NCBI GenBank assembly: GCA_965240325.2
Contig: OZ251235.1
Span: forward strand, 1,922,001-1,986,000
DNA length: 64,000 bases
Reading direction: 5' to 3'
From: Rebecca billardiae RCC1528
Taxonomy: Eukaryota > Protista > Haptophyta
Below the pieces are notes generated by a model, which saw nothing but the letters and a program-made list of their open reading frames with translations, was not told where the DNA came from and made no database searches. Shown one piece after another: positions 33,538 through 46,808 of this stretch. A program made the translations under genes and the position numbers. Numbering within the stretch: the first letter of the stretch is position 1; each line of letters begins with the position of its first letter.

Positions 33538-35193
33538 ATGGTAAGGCGGTTCGCGCCGCTCATCGCGCTGCTGTGCGCCGTGGGACGTTCGTGCGCTGAG
33601 GCGGAGCACGCCATCGTGCAGGAGGCCCTCTTCGTCGCTGGGGTCGGCGGCTACGCCGCATACCGCATCCCGGCGCTCGTGTCCTTCCCGTGCGGTACCG
33701 GTGCCGACGACGGTTCCGCCGCGGACGCGCGCGCCGGCGCGTGCGTGAGCGCGTTCGCCGAGGGGCGCAAGCACGGCGCGGGCGACGCGGGGAAGGTTGA
33801 CATCGTCGTGCGCACCTCGTCCGACGGCGGCCGCTCGTGGGGCCCCATCGGCGTCGCCGTCTCGTGGGCCGACGAGTGGACGACGGTCGGAAACCCTTCG
33901 CCCGTGTACGACCGGAGCGCGCGATCGATCGTGCTCGCGTTCACCGTGAACAACACGTGGGTGTACGTGGCCTCGGCGAGCGCGAGCGAGGTGGCCTCCG
34001 GACGTGCGCGTGCGTCGCGCCGCGGCTGGCCCGCGCCCCGCAACATCTCCGCCTCCGTCAAGCGGCCTGGCTGGGGCTGGGTCGCGACCGGGCCAGGGCA
34101 CGCGGTGCAGCTGGGCAGCGGCGCAGGCGGCAAGTACGACGGCCGGCTCGTGGTGCCGTTCGACCGCAAGCTGGCGGACGCGGACGTGCACATGACTCTG
34201 CGCGTGCGCACGCCCGGCGCGGACGGGCGCGCGCACCCCACCGCCTCCCTGCACTTCCGCACGGTGCGCGCGCCGCGCGCCGCCGACCGAGCGGCTGACG
34301 ACACCGAGGTCGAGGGGGAGGGCCACGAGGGCGAGATCGACATCTCGGCCGACTACGAGGGCGAGATCGACATCTCGGCCGACTGGCCCAGGCTGCCCGA
34401 GCAGTCGGTGCTGGGCGGGCGCGCGGCCGCGCTGCTGAGCGACGACGGCGGTCGGAGCTGGCGCGCGGGCGCTCCGGTGCCCGCGGCGGCAGAGCACGGC
34501 TCGGCGGCGGTCACGTCGAACGAGGCCTCGATAGCGGAGGTGGGCGCGCGCGGGGCGGGCATGCTCCTCATGTCGTTCCGAGTGCAGACGGCGCGCGGTC
34601 GCGGCGCGGGCTGCCGGCACTTTGCGCTCAGCACCGACGGCGGCGAGAGCTGGGGCGCGCCGTTCGTCGCCGACGGCGCACCGTGCGCCGTGCCCGACCC
34701 AGTCTGCCAGGGGGCGCTGCTGGCGCTGCCCGCAGCGTCGCTCGTCGTGGCGAGCGGGCCCGCGACCGCAGCGGCGCGCGCGGACATGACGGTGCGGGCG
34801 GCGAGCCTGCCCTCTCGCGCCAGCGTCGGCGGTGCGCACGTCGAGCAGCGCGCGCCGCTGAGGCCTCGGGGCTGGCGAGTGCTCGCACAGCTGAACTCGG
34901 GCGCGGCCGGCTACTCTGACCTCTGCGAGCTCGAGCTCGCGCCGCGCGCGGCCGGGCGCGAGCGCGGCGCCGCCGCGCGACTCGCCGATGCGACGGCCGC
35001 GCGGGACGGCGCGGACGGCCGAGCCCCGCAGGGCGCAGCGCCCGCGCGCCGCGCCGCGCCGCGCGAGCTCGGCGTGCTGTACGAGGCCGGTCCGGGGGGC
35101 TCGGCCACGCTCACGTTTGCGAGGCTCGGGCTCGCCGGCGCCAGCGCGGCCGCTCCTGGCGCCGCTGCCCGGATGAGCGACACTGCGGCGTGA
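33538..35193 (+). CDS. Sialidase/neuraminidase (GH33), secreted
   Basis: Signal peptide MVRRFAPLIALLCAVG, YRIP motif, Asp-boxes SSDGGRSW, SDDGGRSW and STDGGESW, plus NE, GYSDL and LYE. The provided longer ORF start (32986) overlaps the NAD synthetase and is rejected. Confidence 0.9.
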   Translation: MVRRFAPLIALLCAVGRSCAEAEHAIVQEALFVAGVGGYAAYRIPALVSFPCGTGADDGSAADARAGACVSAFAEGRKHGAGDAGKVDIVVRTSSDGGRSWGPIGVAVSWADEWTTVGNPSPVYDRSARSIVLAFTVNNTWVYVASASASEVASGRARASRRGWPAPRNISASVKRPGWGWVATGPGHAVQLGSGAGGKYDGRLVVPFDRKLADADVHMTLRVRTPGADGRAHPTASLHFRTVRAPRAADRAADDTEVEGEGHEGEIDISADYEGEIDISADWPRLPEQSVLGGRAAALLSDDGGRSWRAGAPVPAAAEHGSAAVTSNEASIAEVGARGAGMLLMSFRVQTARGRGAGCRHFALSTDGGESWGAPFVADGAPCAVPDPVCQGALLALPAASLVVASGPATAAARADMTVRAASLPSRASVGGAHVEQRAPLRPRGWRVLAQLNSGAAGYSDLCELELAPRAAGRERGAAARLADATAARDGADGRAPQGAAPARRAAPRELGVLYEAGPGGSATLTFARLGLAGASAAAPGAAARMSDTAA

Positions 35194-36371
35194 GCCACGG
35201 GCCCACGGCTCCAGCTGCTCGGCTGCCGCCGCCGAGAATGCACGCATGATGCGAATTATGCGGCGACGATATGTCCGCCCGTCTGCCTGCCGAGTCGTCC
35301 AGAGAGTGACCAGAGTCCAGTCAGACCAGAGTCCAGACTCAATAGTCAATAGACTGATAGTGACGAATAGTCTGAATAGATCGAGACGAGACTCTGCTCG
35401 GATTGATCCGTATGACGCGGTACGAGTGTACCACCATCCTCACACTGACACGCGGCTCACTCACTCGCCGTCGTCCCGCGGCGGATGAGTCTCAGTCGTC
35501 TGGCGGGAGAGCGGCAGTCTAAGCAGTCTCTAAAGTAGGCCGAGACGAAGTGATTGAACGGTTACGGGGTCCGAACGACTCAACCGGTACTCTCAGCGCC
35601 AGTCGGTCCGTAACGGATAGTCAGTGCCGCCTCGGAGTCGGAGCTGTGTCGCGCCTAGCAGTAGCTGGCTATTTCATATTTGATCATTGTCAGCTGTGAC
35701 TCACTAGTCACTCTCAGACTCAGTTAGTGCTAAAGAGACTCTTAAATGATCTTGCTGTAACTAATTTCAACGCTTAGGGAATAATAGATTCGGTATCCGA
35801 AGAGGCTCGAGTCCCGGCCGTCCGGTCACCGATGCACCGTACCGTACCGGACGACGGACGTCACGGACGACAGCTCGAGGGACTACGCGGTACAGGCCCG
35901 TAAGGCCGCCGGTGCTCGCGGCCTGCCGTCGCGCCGTCGCGCGGGCCCGCGTGGCGCGGGTCACATTGACTCACATCCGATCGGCCTCCTTCGGGGCGAG
36001 CCGCGACTCGGGTGGCGAGTCAGCCCGCCGTCGGCGCCGGGTTAGGGTAGCCCCCGGGGGCAGCCGTCAGGGTCTCGGAACAGCACACTGTGATCACTCA
36101 CACTGTCACCGTTCGGATGAGTACTATCAAGTGAGTGCGCGGAATCACTTCATAGTCACAGAGTCCCTGATTCAGTGTAACAGTGAGGTGGCCTCCGGGC
36201 GGCCGTCAGCCCTCCGACCAATTCTATGATTAACGACACAGGCAGGATGGCGCAGGTTTCTTGATTCGTCGGCGGCAGTGCCCGATCGTTGACAAGTCGG
36301 CGTTGGTGGGGCAGAGCGGAGCACCGCCCGCCTGATGAGCTCGACCAATTTTCAGCGTGGTCACCGCTCAA

Positions 36372-37260
36372 TTAAGGGCGCTCATCAAAAAAGTTTTCAT
36401 CACGCAGAACTGTGCTATGACGAACCTTTGTGACTGCAACATGAGTAGGGTGAACGCAACCAGCACTCACCAGTCGTATTTGGGTAGTGATGTTTGTCCT
36501 TGCAAGGGGTCTCACAAATAACCCACGTCCTTGTAACTCCTTGTAATAATCCGACCTCGGCTTAAACCACTCAGCTAACGAACCTTCGCCCGCAACGATT
36601 TTACGACCCTCCATTTTGAACGGCTTCTGCGACAAAGATGAGAATACGCCTTTTCGGCGGATTGGGAAACAGCCAAGGACGGCTTTGACAACGGTGTGTA
36701 ACGGTGTAAAGTGTAAGCATAGCATCTCATAGGTGGAGGTGCGATCATGATAATCGAGCCCGTTATCAAACGGTATCTTGAGATCACAATAAGTAATCGG
36801 CTTCGCGAACATGATAACTCACCCCCGAACCTTCCACCGTATGGTCCTTCACGAATCTGACCGAGCTCTGTACTCGTCGGTATTTGTAAAAATACCTCCA
36901 ACGACGTAATGACTGCTAATGAGGCCGGCGAGGTGTGGATATGAATAGCAAAGTGGCATCTTTCGCGTACATGAGCATACCCCGCCGGGTGCGTTGTATC
37001 ATAGGCGCTTCCAACCTGCTGGAACTGTGATACCCGGAGGTAGAAAACCATATACCCTTTGGGGGGATCCCTGGACGCATTCGCTGCGAAGACGCAGGTT
37101 TGAAAAGTTTGCTTTTCTATCGGGCTGACGAGACGGATTATTTTTACGACGGTTCTGAGTCTTATTCATCCAGCTTTCGTACTCACAAGAAGTCATCGGA
37201 TTTCGTCATTGGCCAATCGCCTCGTCTAACCAGATTACTCACGGGTACCCGAACATGAAA
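36372..37260 (-). other. Low-GC island with overlapping short ORFs (65, 158 and 146 aa), origin unknown
   Basis: Abrupt drop to roughly balanced base composition. ORFs 36999-37196, 36575-37051 and 36372-36812 all lie on the minus strand. Confidence 0.45.
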
Positions 37261-37442
37261 AAGTTCTCTCGCCGAACAACGACGCACGAATAATACGCGG
37301 AAACCGGGGTGAAGGGTCGCCTTTTGGGTGGGGTGGTGATGAACCGGCGAGGCGTCGCGACTTTTGCGCCCTCGAGCGGCACGCCTCCGACGACCACCCA
37401 CCCCTGCCCGACTGGTGTCCACAATCAGCCGCGTGTACGATC

Positions 37443-38825
37443 ATGTGGCCCGCGACGCAGCCGGCGCTCTCGTCGACGGGCGCAGCCGACCAGCTCGCGC
37501 ACGCACTCGCGATGGATCGGATCCAGCTGGCGCTCCGCCAGCAGCAGCAACAACAGCAGGCGCAGCAGCAGCTGCAGCAGCAGCTCCAGGAGCTGCAGCA
37601 GAAGCAGCAGCAGGGCGAGATGGGCATGGCGTCCGCCGCGGCCGCCGCGCTCACGGCGGCGCACCTGCAGCACCTCTCGGCGGCGTCGCCGTTCGCCTCC
37701 GCGCTCGCGCAGTCGCAATCATCGCTGCCGCACAAGCAGCAGGGGCTCTTCCAGCCCCTCCCCGCCGCCTTCCTCAGCCACAAGCCCGCGGGAGCCGCCT
37801 CGTTCGAGGGCGCGGCGCAGCTCGGCGCGCCGTCGGCGGCGGCGAGGATGGCGGTGGGGGGCTCGGGGATGGGCCCGGCGGGGTCGTCCCCGCTGGTCCG
37901 CGTGACCGCGCGCCCCCTCACCGTCGACGCGTCCGGCGCGCCCACCGGAGGCATCTGCTCGCCCGCGTCGCCGTCGCTCGACCCGTCGGCGCCGCCTCGC
38001 TGGGACGAGCCTGTCAAGTGCCACGTGTGCCCCCGCGTCTTCGCGACCAAGTACCAGGCGAAGAAGCATTTTTTGCGGCGGCACTACCAGGGCGAGAAGC
38101 AGTTCATGTGCACGCGGTGCAACAAGAAGTCCTTCACCGTGCGCGAGGACCTCACGATGCACCTCAAGGCGTGCGGCCGGATGTTTGTCTGCTCGTGCGG
38201 ACTGCACCTGCGCTCGCAGGCGACGCTCAAGCGGCACTGCAAGCACACCTCGCACGAGCCGACGTCGTGGGACGGGATCCCGGTCACGCCCAACGCCACC
38301 AGCCTGCTCGACGAGGAGCGCGAGGGCAACTCCTCCTCCACCTCCGTCGACACGGACCTCTCGGGCGTGGACTCGCCGTCTGCGTCGCGCGCGACGACGC
38401 CGCGCTCGTCGCCGCTCGTGCGCGCGCGCAACCGCTACCGCGAGCCGCACCCGGAGTCGCCGCTCGCGAGCCCGGCATCCAGGCGCACCGCCGGTACGCT
38501 CGTCGCTGACGCCGACGACGACTCGGGCGGCAGCGCGGGCACCGGCGCCCTCAACCCGAGCCCGCTGCGGCCGCCAGCCGGCATGTCTGCGCTGTCGCCC
38601 AAAGTGGCGCCCGCGCCAGCGCCCGAGCCGGCCGCTGCCGCCGAGGCGGTGGCGGCGGCGATCGCAAAGAAGCCGGAGCTGGGCGGCTTCACCGTCGGCG
38701 CCGCCGAAATGGACGACGGTGAGGAGGGCGACGACGCGCAGTCCGCCGAGGCGGAGGCGGATCAGGCCACGATCGAGGAGATGACGGCGAACGAGATCCT
38801 CGACATGCTGTACACATGTCTCTGA
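37443..38825 (+). CDS. C2H2/C2HC zinc-finger transcription factor (WIP/STOP1/ATMIN-like finger arrangement) with polyQ
   Basis: CHVC...HFLRRH, CTRC...MHLKACG and CSCG...LKRHCKH fingers; acidic C-terminus. Confidence 0.9.
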   Translation: MWPATQPALSSTGAADQLAHALAMDRIQLALRQQQQQQQAQQQLQQQLQELQQKQQQGEMGMASAAAAALTAAHLQHLSAASPFASALAQSQSSLPHKQQGLFQPLPAAFLSHKPAGAASFEGAAQLGAPSAAARMAVGGSGMGPAGSSPLVRVTARPLTVDASGAPTGGICSPASPSLDPSAPPRWDEPVKCHVCPRVFATKYQAKKHFLRRHYQGEKQFMCTRCNKKSFTVREDLTMHLKACGRMFVCSCGLHLRSQATLKRHCKHTSHEPTSWDGIPVTPNATSLLDEEREGNSSSTSVDTDLSGVDSPSASRATTPRSSPLVRARNRYREPHPESPLASPASRRTAGTLVADADDDSGGSAGTGALNPSPLRPPAGMSALSPKVAPAPAPEPAAAAEAVAAAIAKKPELGGFTVGAAEMDDGEEGDDAQSAEAEADQATIEEMTANEILDMLYTCL

Positions 38826-39829
38826 GCGAGCGCGGCGCCGCTGAGCGCAGCACGACCGCGTCGCATGTCCGCCCGACGACCTCTCTGAGTCCGTCCGCCC
38901 CCATGCGCGCACGCGCACAGCCGAGCGGCGCACGCTCCCGGCTGGCGCGGCGCACGCGCACGTTCGCGCACGCTGCACTCCCCCGCAGCTCGCGCACTCG
39001 CCACCGCATCTTTGGGTCCGGCTGCTGCTGCGCCCCCGCGCTGCTTGCAGCGGCCCACGCCCGGCTGCCCGGCGCACGACGCGGTGCCGCATCCCGCCGA
39101 CGCCCCGGACGGTCCGACCTCCGGTTCCGCGCTAGTTCCACATCCAGACGTCAGGCTCACTCGAGGCTCGCATCTCTCTATCCGACAGCACCACAGAGGC
39201 TCCGCTCACGCGCATGGCACACCGGCGACATCCGCCCCGTCTGGACTCCCCGACCATCTTTACTGAGGCACAATTCCGTAATTAATCCGATCGGCGCGGC
39301 GCCCGAACCGCCAACCGCGTGAAGCACAGAGGCGCAGTGAGTCAGACCGACGCCGCCCGCCTGCCCCGGTCCTGGCGTGAACTCGCGCGGACCGAATTGC
39401 CACGTCAGTACGGCGGCGGTCCTGCTATAACCGCTGATCGAGGTCCGAGGTGGCCGCCCGTGCTGGTGACCGCGGTCGACAGCAGTGGCACTGAGTCGGA
39501 CCGTCAGTGCCCAGCACTCAGTGACAGTGTGCGGACTCACGTGACGCGGTCTGACGCCAGGCATTGCCATTAGGCCCGTGGGCGTCGATGGCGATGCCGC
39601 AATCCGCCGACAGCGGCGCGCAGCCGCTCGGTAGTCGGGACGGTAGACTTAACTACTACTAAGTAGTACTGAGTTTATTTACTGCGCCGCGCGAATTTTA
39701 TAATATGCATATCATCGTCGTCGGAAATTTAATATTTATTATCAATAGTTTATTGACAATAACGTCGTATTCATAGTATTGTACTGAGAGATATAATATG
39801 GTGGGCCGTAGGTCCGCCATTTCGAAATA

Positions 39830-40470
39830 AAGACCCTTCAGGAAAGGTTGTGGCCCCGGCTTCAGTGGGTTCCCACTGGCGGCATGCCGCCCGGCTCGAA
39901 CCGCCAGCGCACCTCGCCTACTGTGCGCGCTCAGAGTCGCGGCGCCATCGCCGGATCGTCCGCCGGGGTGGATGGTGGGCAAGTAGACACCAATTGGAAG
40001 GGCATGCGCCGCTTCGGCATGCTGTCATCCGTCGTCTCTGCCACCTTGTCACCGACGCGCAATCTGCAACGCAGTGAACCGCAACAGCTTGCACGCGCTG
40101 CTCTTTGCACGCCCGAAATAGGCGTGAGTGCGTGCTGATGCCGCCGGAGCAGCAACACGCAACGCTGTAACGTCTGTAGAGAAGAGACGAGTGGCGGATG
40201 CGTCCCGTAGCTGCTCCCATTTCTATTTTGAACGGTGTGTGTGATGACGATCGGCTCCGATGGCTGCCGCGTTGCTCACGGTGTGGCTTACAGGCTGTCG
40301 TGAGAGGCGTGAGAGGGCTACTCGGCCGCATGGTGGGTATGGGGCGCTGTCAGGGCCTCATTAGCGGCGCTCAGGCCGAACAGCGGCGCGTGACGTCGCA
40401 CTCACGGCTATTCCGAGCGGCCCTCGTCCGGGCGGTCGCAGTGGGGCCACAACCTTTCGTGAAGGGTCTT
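39830..40470. mobile_element. MITE (641 bp) with 28-bp TIRs, TA-flanked
   Basis: TA|aagacccttcaggaaaggttgtggcccc ... ggggccacaacctttcgtgaagggtctt|TA, with one mismatch. Confidence 0.88.
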
Positions 40471-40879
40471 TACTATTAACGACGTGGTATGCAACGGGCA
40501 GGCCGGGATCAGAGTCGTCAGCAAGCTGTAGCAGCAGATCGTCGGGCAGCACAGACAAAGACCAGCCACCACGGGATCAGCAGCGCTCCTCGCCGTCGAG
40601 TCGTCCCAGCCCCCCCCGGCCCCCGCCCTCGTCAAGTCGCCCATTACACTACGCATCGCCGCGAGCGGAACTGCTCGACGCACCGCGTCTGGTCCTGGGC
40701 TCTGGCGAGTGGCGTCGACGCCGCGGCGCGCGCCACCGCGGTGGTCGCGGTGCCACGCGTCGTCAGCCGTCGTCTCGAGGTAGCGTCGTCGTACGCAGCG
40801 CCCCCGCCGGAGCGCGTGCGGCGTGCAGTCACTAGTCAGTCAGCCCCCGGCCGCGCACGTGCGCCAGTGCGCGCGCGGG

Positions 40880-41655
<776 letters not shown>

Positions 41656-41815
41656 GCTCCGGCAAGCGGCAGCCGCGGCTGTCGCCCCCGTGCGCCCGTG
41701 TGGGCGCCTGGATGAGGATGAGGTCGTAGTACGCGTCGCCGCGCGCCGGCCAAGCGGCGCGCAGCTGCAGAAGAGGGGCTCGGAGAGTGAGCGCGCCGCC
41801 TAGCGCGCTCGTGTA

Positions 41816-43778
41816 AACTTTTCTGAGGATAGCGCACCAGCAAAATCCCTTGACCGCCATCCGGATTTTACGGAGGCCGCGTTTGGACGCAGAAACGCGC
41901 GATGGCGAGGCCCGCCCTCGCACCACCGCTCTCGCGAGATCGCGACCGTGCGACCTGCGGCGTTGCGCTCGACGCGCTCTTTCTGCTCGGAGGCCGCGAG
42001 GACTCCCAGGTGCGCCAGCTCGCGAGCGCGCACCTTCCTCCTCGCCGCGCTCGCCGAGCACGAGCCGATCTGCAGCAGATGTGCAAGGAGCCGCATGTGG
42101 CCTTCCTCGCGCGCGCGGCACGGCTGCACACGAAAATCGTTAGAGGGCACTTCTCCGCGCATTCTACATTTTGGGGAAAGAACGCCTGAACTGCACAAAA
42201 AGTGCCCTCTAACGCTTCCGCTCCTCGCCGTTGCGTGCACGCGCAAAGGAGCACTGCAAAGGGTGCGACTGGGAGCATTCCTTCTCCCGGGCGGCCACCA
42301 CGGCCTCGGAGGTGGTGAGGAACGCGTCGGCGACCACGGCGTGGACCACCTCCGTCGCGCCGGACACTCCGGTCGCCCCTCGCCGGACTCCATCCTCGCT
42401 GCGCGCTGACCGTTTGCCGAGCGGGCTGCCCCGCCGCCTGCCCGGCGTGTGCCCGCGTGGTGACACAAGATGGTCGAAGGCGTGGCAGCGCGGTGGTGCG
42501 TGCGATCGGGGGACCCCACCTGAGCTACGACACGGGCGCGCGCGCTCATCCGTGCTCATCACGGTGGTGCACGCGCGCGTCGCGCGCTGACGCTCGTCGG
42601 CTGTCGCGCGCTGACGGCTGGGCTGCTTTGGGGTGTCGGCGGCGGCCACAGCTCGCTGGTACGGGCGCGATGGTGGCTGCGAGTGGTACGCGGCGTTGCA
42701 CCAGGTCCGTGTGCGTCACGCACGACGCTCGGCCGGCTCGCCCTCGGACCATTGGCTGAGCCCTACTCGCCGCGCGCACTGCGCGCGGCAGCCGCTCCGC
42801 AGCTGCTCCGGGCACGAAGCGCGCCCCGCGCGCTGCACGTGGGCGCGACGAGGTGGTGCAGCGAGCATGCGCGAGAGTGTGCGCGTGATGGGCACCACAA
42901 TGACGATACTTGCCATGCACATCTGCCTCTCGCCACGCCTTCGTCACGATAGCTGCGACTGCTGCCCGGAGGTGCGCTCGAGCGCTCGCGCGCGTTTGAA
43001 TCTGGGCTCGGCGGCGATCGCGTGGACGAGGGGCAGCGCGGTGCACGGTGGCGGAGCGCGTGCGGAGCGCAGCCTACACCTCCTACACGCTCCATCCAGA
43101 CACATCGCGCATGCTCGCGCGGCCTCCTCGGTCCATCACGTGCGCGTGCGCGCGCGAGCAGGTGTGCATTCGCCGGGCGCGTTCACGGCGCGCCGCGTTG
43201 GCGCGCGCGCACCGATACCCGTGCGCAGCTCGACGAGCGAGCGCGGTGTGTTTCGATGCGTATGGGGAGGCTCGAATTTACGCGCGCGCACGCGCCGGCC
43301 CTCGCCGCCCCTTCGCTCGCCCACGCCTCATCTGCGCGCTCGGCGTTTGCAGGCAGCTGCGCATTCTTTCCGACACGTGCGCAAACGAGCAGATGGCGCT
43401 GGGCGAGGTCGATTGGTGCGTCAGATATTCGGCAACGACCAGGCCCGCTTGTGTGCCGCCGCTCGTGCTACTCTCGACGACCACCTCTGGCTCGGTCGCG
43501 CGCACGAGGCTGCTCGCGGCCGAATCGTGCCGTGTACCGTCAAGCTGTACCGTGCGCAGCGAGGCGCACTCAGACGTCGGCATGGGCTCGCATGCGAGGG
43601 CCCGGCAGTGCGACGCGTCGATGGAGCATGCTCCGGATACGCTTCGGCGCACTTCCCGACGCGCACGAGCCGCTCGAAGGCGCGGAAGGGCGCCCAAACG
43701 GGGCAACCGCCATTTTGCGCCACTTCGGCCCGGATGGCGGTCAAGGGAAATTGCTGGTGCGCTATCCTCAGAAAAGTT
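41816..43778. mobile_element. Non-autonomous DNA transposon (~1.96 kb) with ~48 bp TIRs, TA-flanked
   Basis: TA|aacttttctgaggatagcgcaccagcaaaatcccttgaccgccatccgg ... ccggatggcggtcaagggaaattgctggtgcgctatcctcagaaaagtt|TA, with two mismatches. Confidence 0.88.
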
Positions 43779-44864
43779 TAATCATATATATATATATATA
43801 TATTATATTCAACACGGGTTCACGGTCACGGCACGCACAAGGCGAGGTGACGCGTTAAACCGTCGGTGCGGCTGACCGCCGCTGGATGGCGGGGGTCGTC
43901 CGGGGCACGGGCTGCCTGAACCGCGCGGTAGCGCGTCAGAGTCGAGTCGCGGACAATCAGTGGCAGCGTGGCCGGGCTCGGAGCCGGCGGCTGGCGACTG
44001 CCGTGGCAGTCCGCGTGAGCTGTGCCGCGCCGCCGAGGCCAGCAAATGCGGGCTCGCGGCGGGCGCGGCGTGTTGCGGCGTCGACACTGCCCGGCGCAGC
44101 GCATCTCGTGCCGAGACGCGCCGCAGCGGCGGGCGGCGAAGCGCGTCGTAGCTGCCTCGCGGCACGCCCTCGAAGCAGGTGCTCCGCAGGCGAGCCTGCG
44201 CGAGGCGTGTCGGCAGGGGTGTGCGTGTGCGTGTGCGTGTGCGTGTGCTGTGTGCGTGTGCGTGTGCGTGTGCGTGTGCGTGTGCGGCGGGTGTGCGGCG
44301 AGCGTGACGGTGGCCGACGGAGACGGGCGGGAGCTCGGGGACGATGGCGAGCTCCCGCGCGCACGAGACAGAAGGCGAGTGTGTGCAGTGCAGTGCAGGA
44401 CGGCGACTGGACGGACTGAGCGGAGACAGGCGGGACACGGGTGCGACGGAGTCGTCGCCGCCTCGGCGCGTGGGCTGACGGCGGCGGCGCGGTGTGCGTG
44501 GCGCCGCCCGGCGATGGCGGCGGCTGACTGTGGCAAAGAAGGACTGGAGAGCAAGCGGGCGGTGTGCGGTGCGTGGGTGCGAGGCCATCTCTCGCGGCGG
44601 CTGACGGCAGGAGCTCTCGCCCTCATCAGGCCTGTAAACGCGGCCGGGGGCGAGCGGAGAGAAGCGGCGATGGCATGGGCGGCGCAGGCGTGCGCCTGGC
44701 CTGCGCGGGTGCAGGGCTTGGATGGCATGCGTGCAGCCACAGCGCGAGCTCACGAGGCGCCACGTGCCCCCGCGGCCCGCGGCGAGCGTCACTCGACGCG
44801 ACCCGCGAGCGCGGACAGGCGTGCCGTGCGCCGCGCTGCGACGTGCTCGGGCGCGCGCTCGCGC

Positions 44865-45049
44865 TCACTCGAGCGCGGCGCCGAGGGCGGCAAGCAGGTC
44901 GTCTTCGCTCGGCGCATCGAGCAGCGCCTGCATGAGGGCGAGGTCGACCATCGGCAACGCCGCCATCGGCGCGGCTGCGGGCGGCTGCGCGCGCGCTGCC
45001 GGCCGCAGCAGCGGGTGCGGGTGCGGGTGCGGCGCGAGCGCGCCGAGTG

Positions 45050-45119
<70 letters not shown>

Positions 45120-46220
45120 CTGCTGCTGCTGCTGCGCGGCGGCGGCGGTCGGCGCCGGCTCGGCGGAGATGATCATTTGCGTCTCGCTCGACGCGGCGGT
45201 GGCGGGCTCGGCGCTCGCGGCCGCCGGCATGCGCCATGCGGCCGCCGCGGCGGGCGCCAGCTGCGCCGCCCGCGCGGGGGCGCCGTTATCTCGGAACGGT
45301 GCGGCGCTCGTGCTGCCAGTGTCGAGTGGCGCGCCGGGCGCGGCGCCCGCGGCGGCGGCGGCGCTGCACTCAGGCGTCGCAGACTGGCGCTCAGATGTGG
45401 CGTCGGCGGGCGCGGCGGCGGCGGCGGCGGCGGGCGCGGCGGCGGCGGCGGCGCGCATCGCGGCCGCCGCCGCCTCCTCGATCGCGCGCTCCACCACCTC
45501 CGTCGGCGCGGAGAGCGCCAGGGCGGCGAGCTCGTGGTTGGTGATTGCGTCGGCCGAGGGCGTGCCGAGCCACGAGTGCGGCGTGTGCGCGTTGAACTTG
45601 CAGTGGCGCTTGAGCGTGGCGCGCGAGCGGAGGCGGAGGCCGCAGGCGCACGTGAAGACGCGACCGCACGACTTGACGTGCATCGAGAAGTCCTCCTTCA
45701 CCGTGAACGACTTGGTCGTGCACACGGGGCACGTGTACTTTTTGTCGCCCGCAAAGTGGCGGCGCAAGAAGTGCTTCTTCGCCTGGTACTTGGTGGCGAA
45801 GACGCGCGTGCAGCCCGGGCACTGCGTCGGCGAGTCCCACTTGCCGTCGGCCCCGACGCCCGTCTCCGCGTCCACCACACGCGGGCGGTGCGTCGACATG
45901 TGGAACATCAGGTTTGTCTCGCGCTTGAACGACTTGCTGCACACGTGGCACGTGTACGCGTTGTCAGCCAGGCCGGCGGCGGCGAGCTTGGGCACGGTGC
46001 GCGTGGTGACGGTCGACGCGGACGCGGGCGCGAGGTCTGACGCGCCCATCGCCGCGGCGGGCCGCTTCCCGCTCACCGCCGCGCCGAGCGGCGCCGCGGC
46101 GCCGAGCGGCTGGAAGAGCTCAAGGGCGAGCGGCTCGGCCGTCACGTCCGACGCGTCTCCCGAGGAGGCGCTGGGCGAGCTGGTCGAGACGGCGCCGAGA
46201 GTGTGCATCACGAGGGACAT
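44865..46220 (-). CDS. Zinc-finger transcription factor, paralog of 37443-38825, with an extra N-terminal C2H2 finger and C-terminal polyQ
   Basis: Shares RVFATKYQAKKHFLRRH...KSFTVxED..MH.K.CGR.F.C.CGL.LRS.ATLKRHCK. The start could be 46220 or 46208. Confidence 0.9.
45051..45134 (-). repeat. (CAG)n coding microsatellite (polyQ)
   Basis: About 22 pure CTG triplets, then CCA, then 5 more on the plus strand. Confidence 0.97.
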
Positions 46221-46808
46221 CGAGCAGGCGTGCGTGTGCCGTGGAGCGCTGTGTATACCCCTGGCGCGGCCGAACTGCTGATTCGTCTCACACCACGCGG
46301 CCCTCGTGTGCCGCTGGGAGGCTTCGTGATGGGCTGAGTGCAGGCGGATGAATGCGTGGCAACGCGTGCTCGCCCGTCGGCCTCCGTGGTCGGTGGCGTG
46401 CCTCTATTGTGTCATCAAGCGGGTACGGACAGCACCCGAGCGTGCCCAATCAGCGCAAGGTCCACAGCTTGGGAAGCGCTTCCGACGAAACATGTATAGG
46501 TCGTTTCTATGCTCTCACAAACAAAATAGAAACCGTCAATCTCGCAGCGCTAGGGCGAATTAGGACAAGGAGGTATGTCGGGGAATATCCGAGTGGGAGA
46601 TGCGCAGCCCGGCCTCTCATTGGCCACTTCCCGTCGGGTCACCGTATGCGACGGAACGGAGATACTGGGACCGCTCAGAATCAGTGGACCCTTTCTATTC
46701 ATGATTATCATAGCGTTCATACCGTGCGTACGGTAGCAGTAAATGACAATACGGCCATCGTTCCAGCCGCCGAAGGTCCCAACCGCGATCATGCGACGAT
46801 GCCCCTCA

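Noticed and set aside
32986-33614. Overlapping N-terminal extensions of the sialidase and NAD synthetase ORFs
   Set aside because: They are explained by stop scarcity; the conserved domains and signal peptide begin at 33431 and 33538.
17600-36345. Hammerhead ribozyme cores (CTGATGA at about 17603, 24032 and 36332)
   Set aside because: No stem II followed by GAAA was found at suitable spacing.
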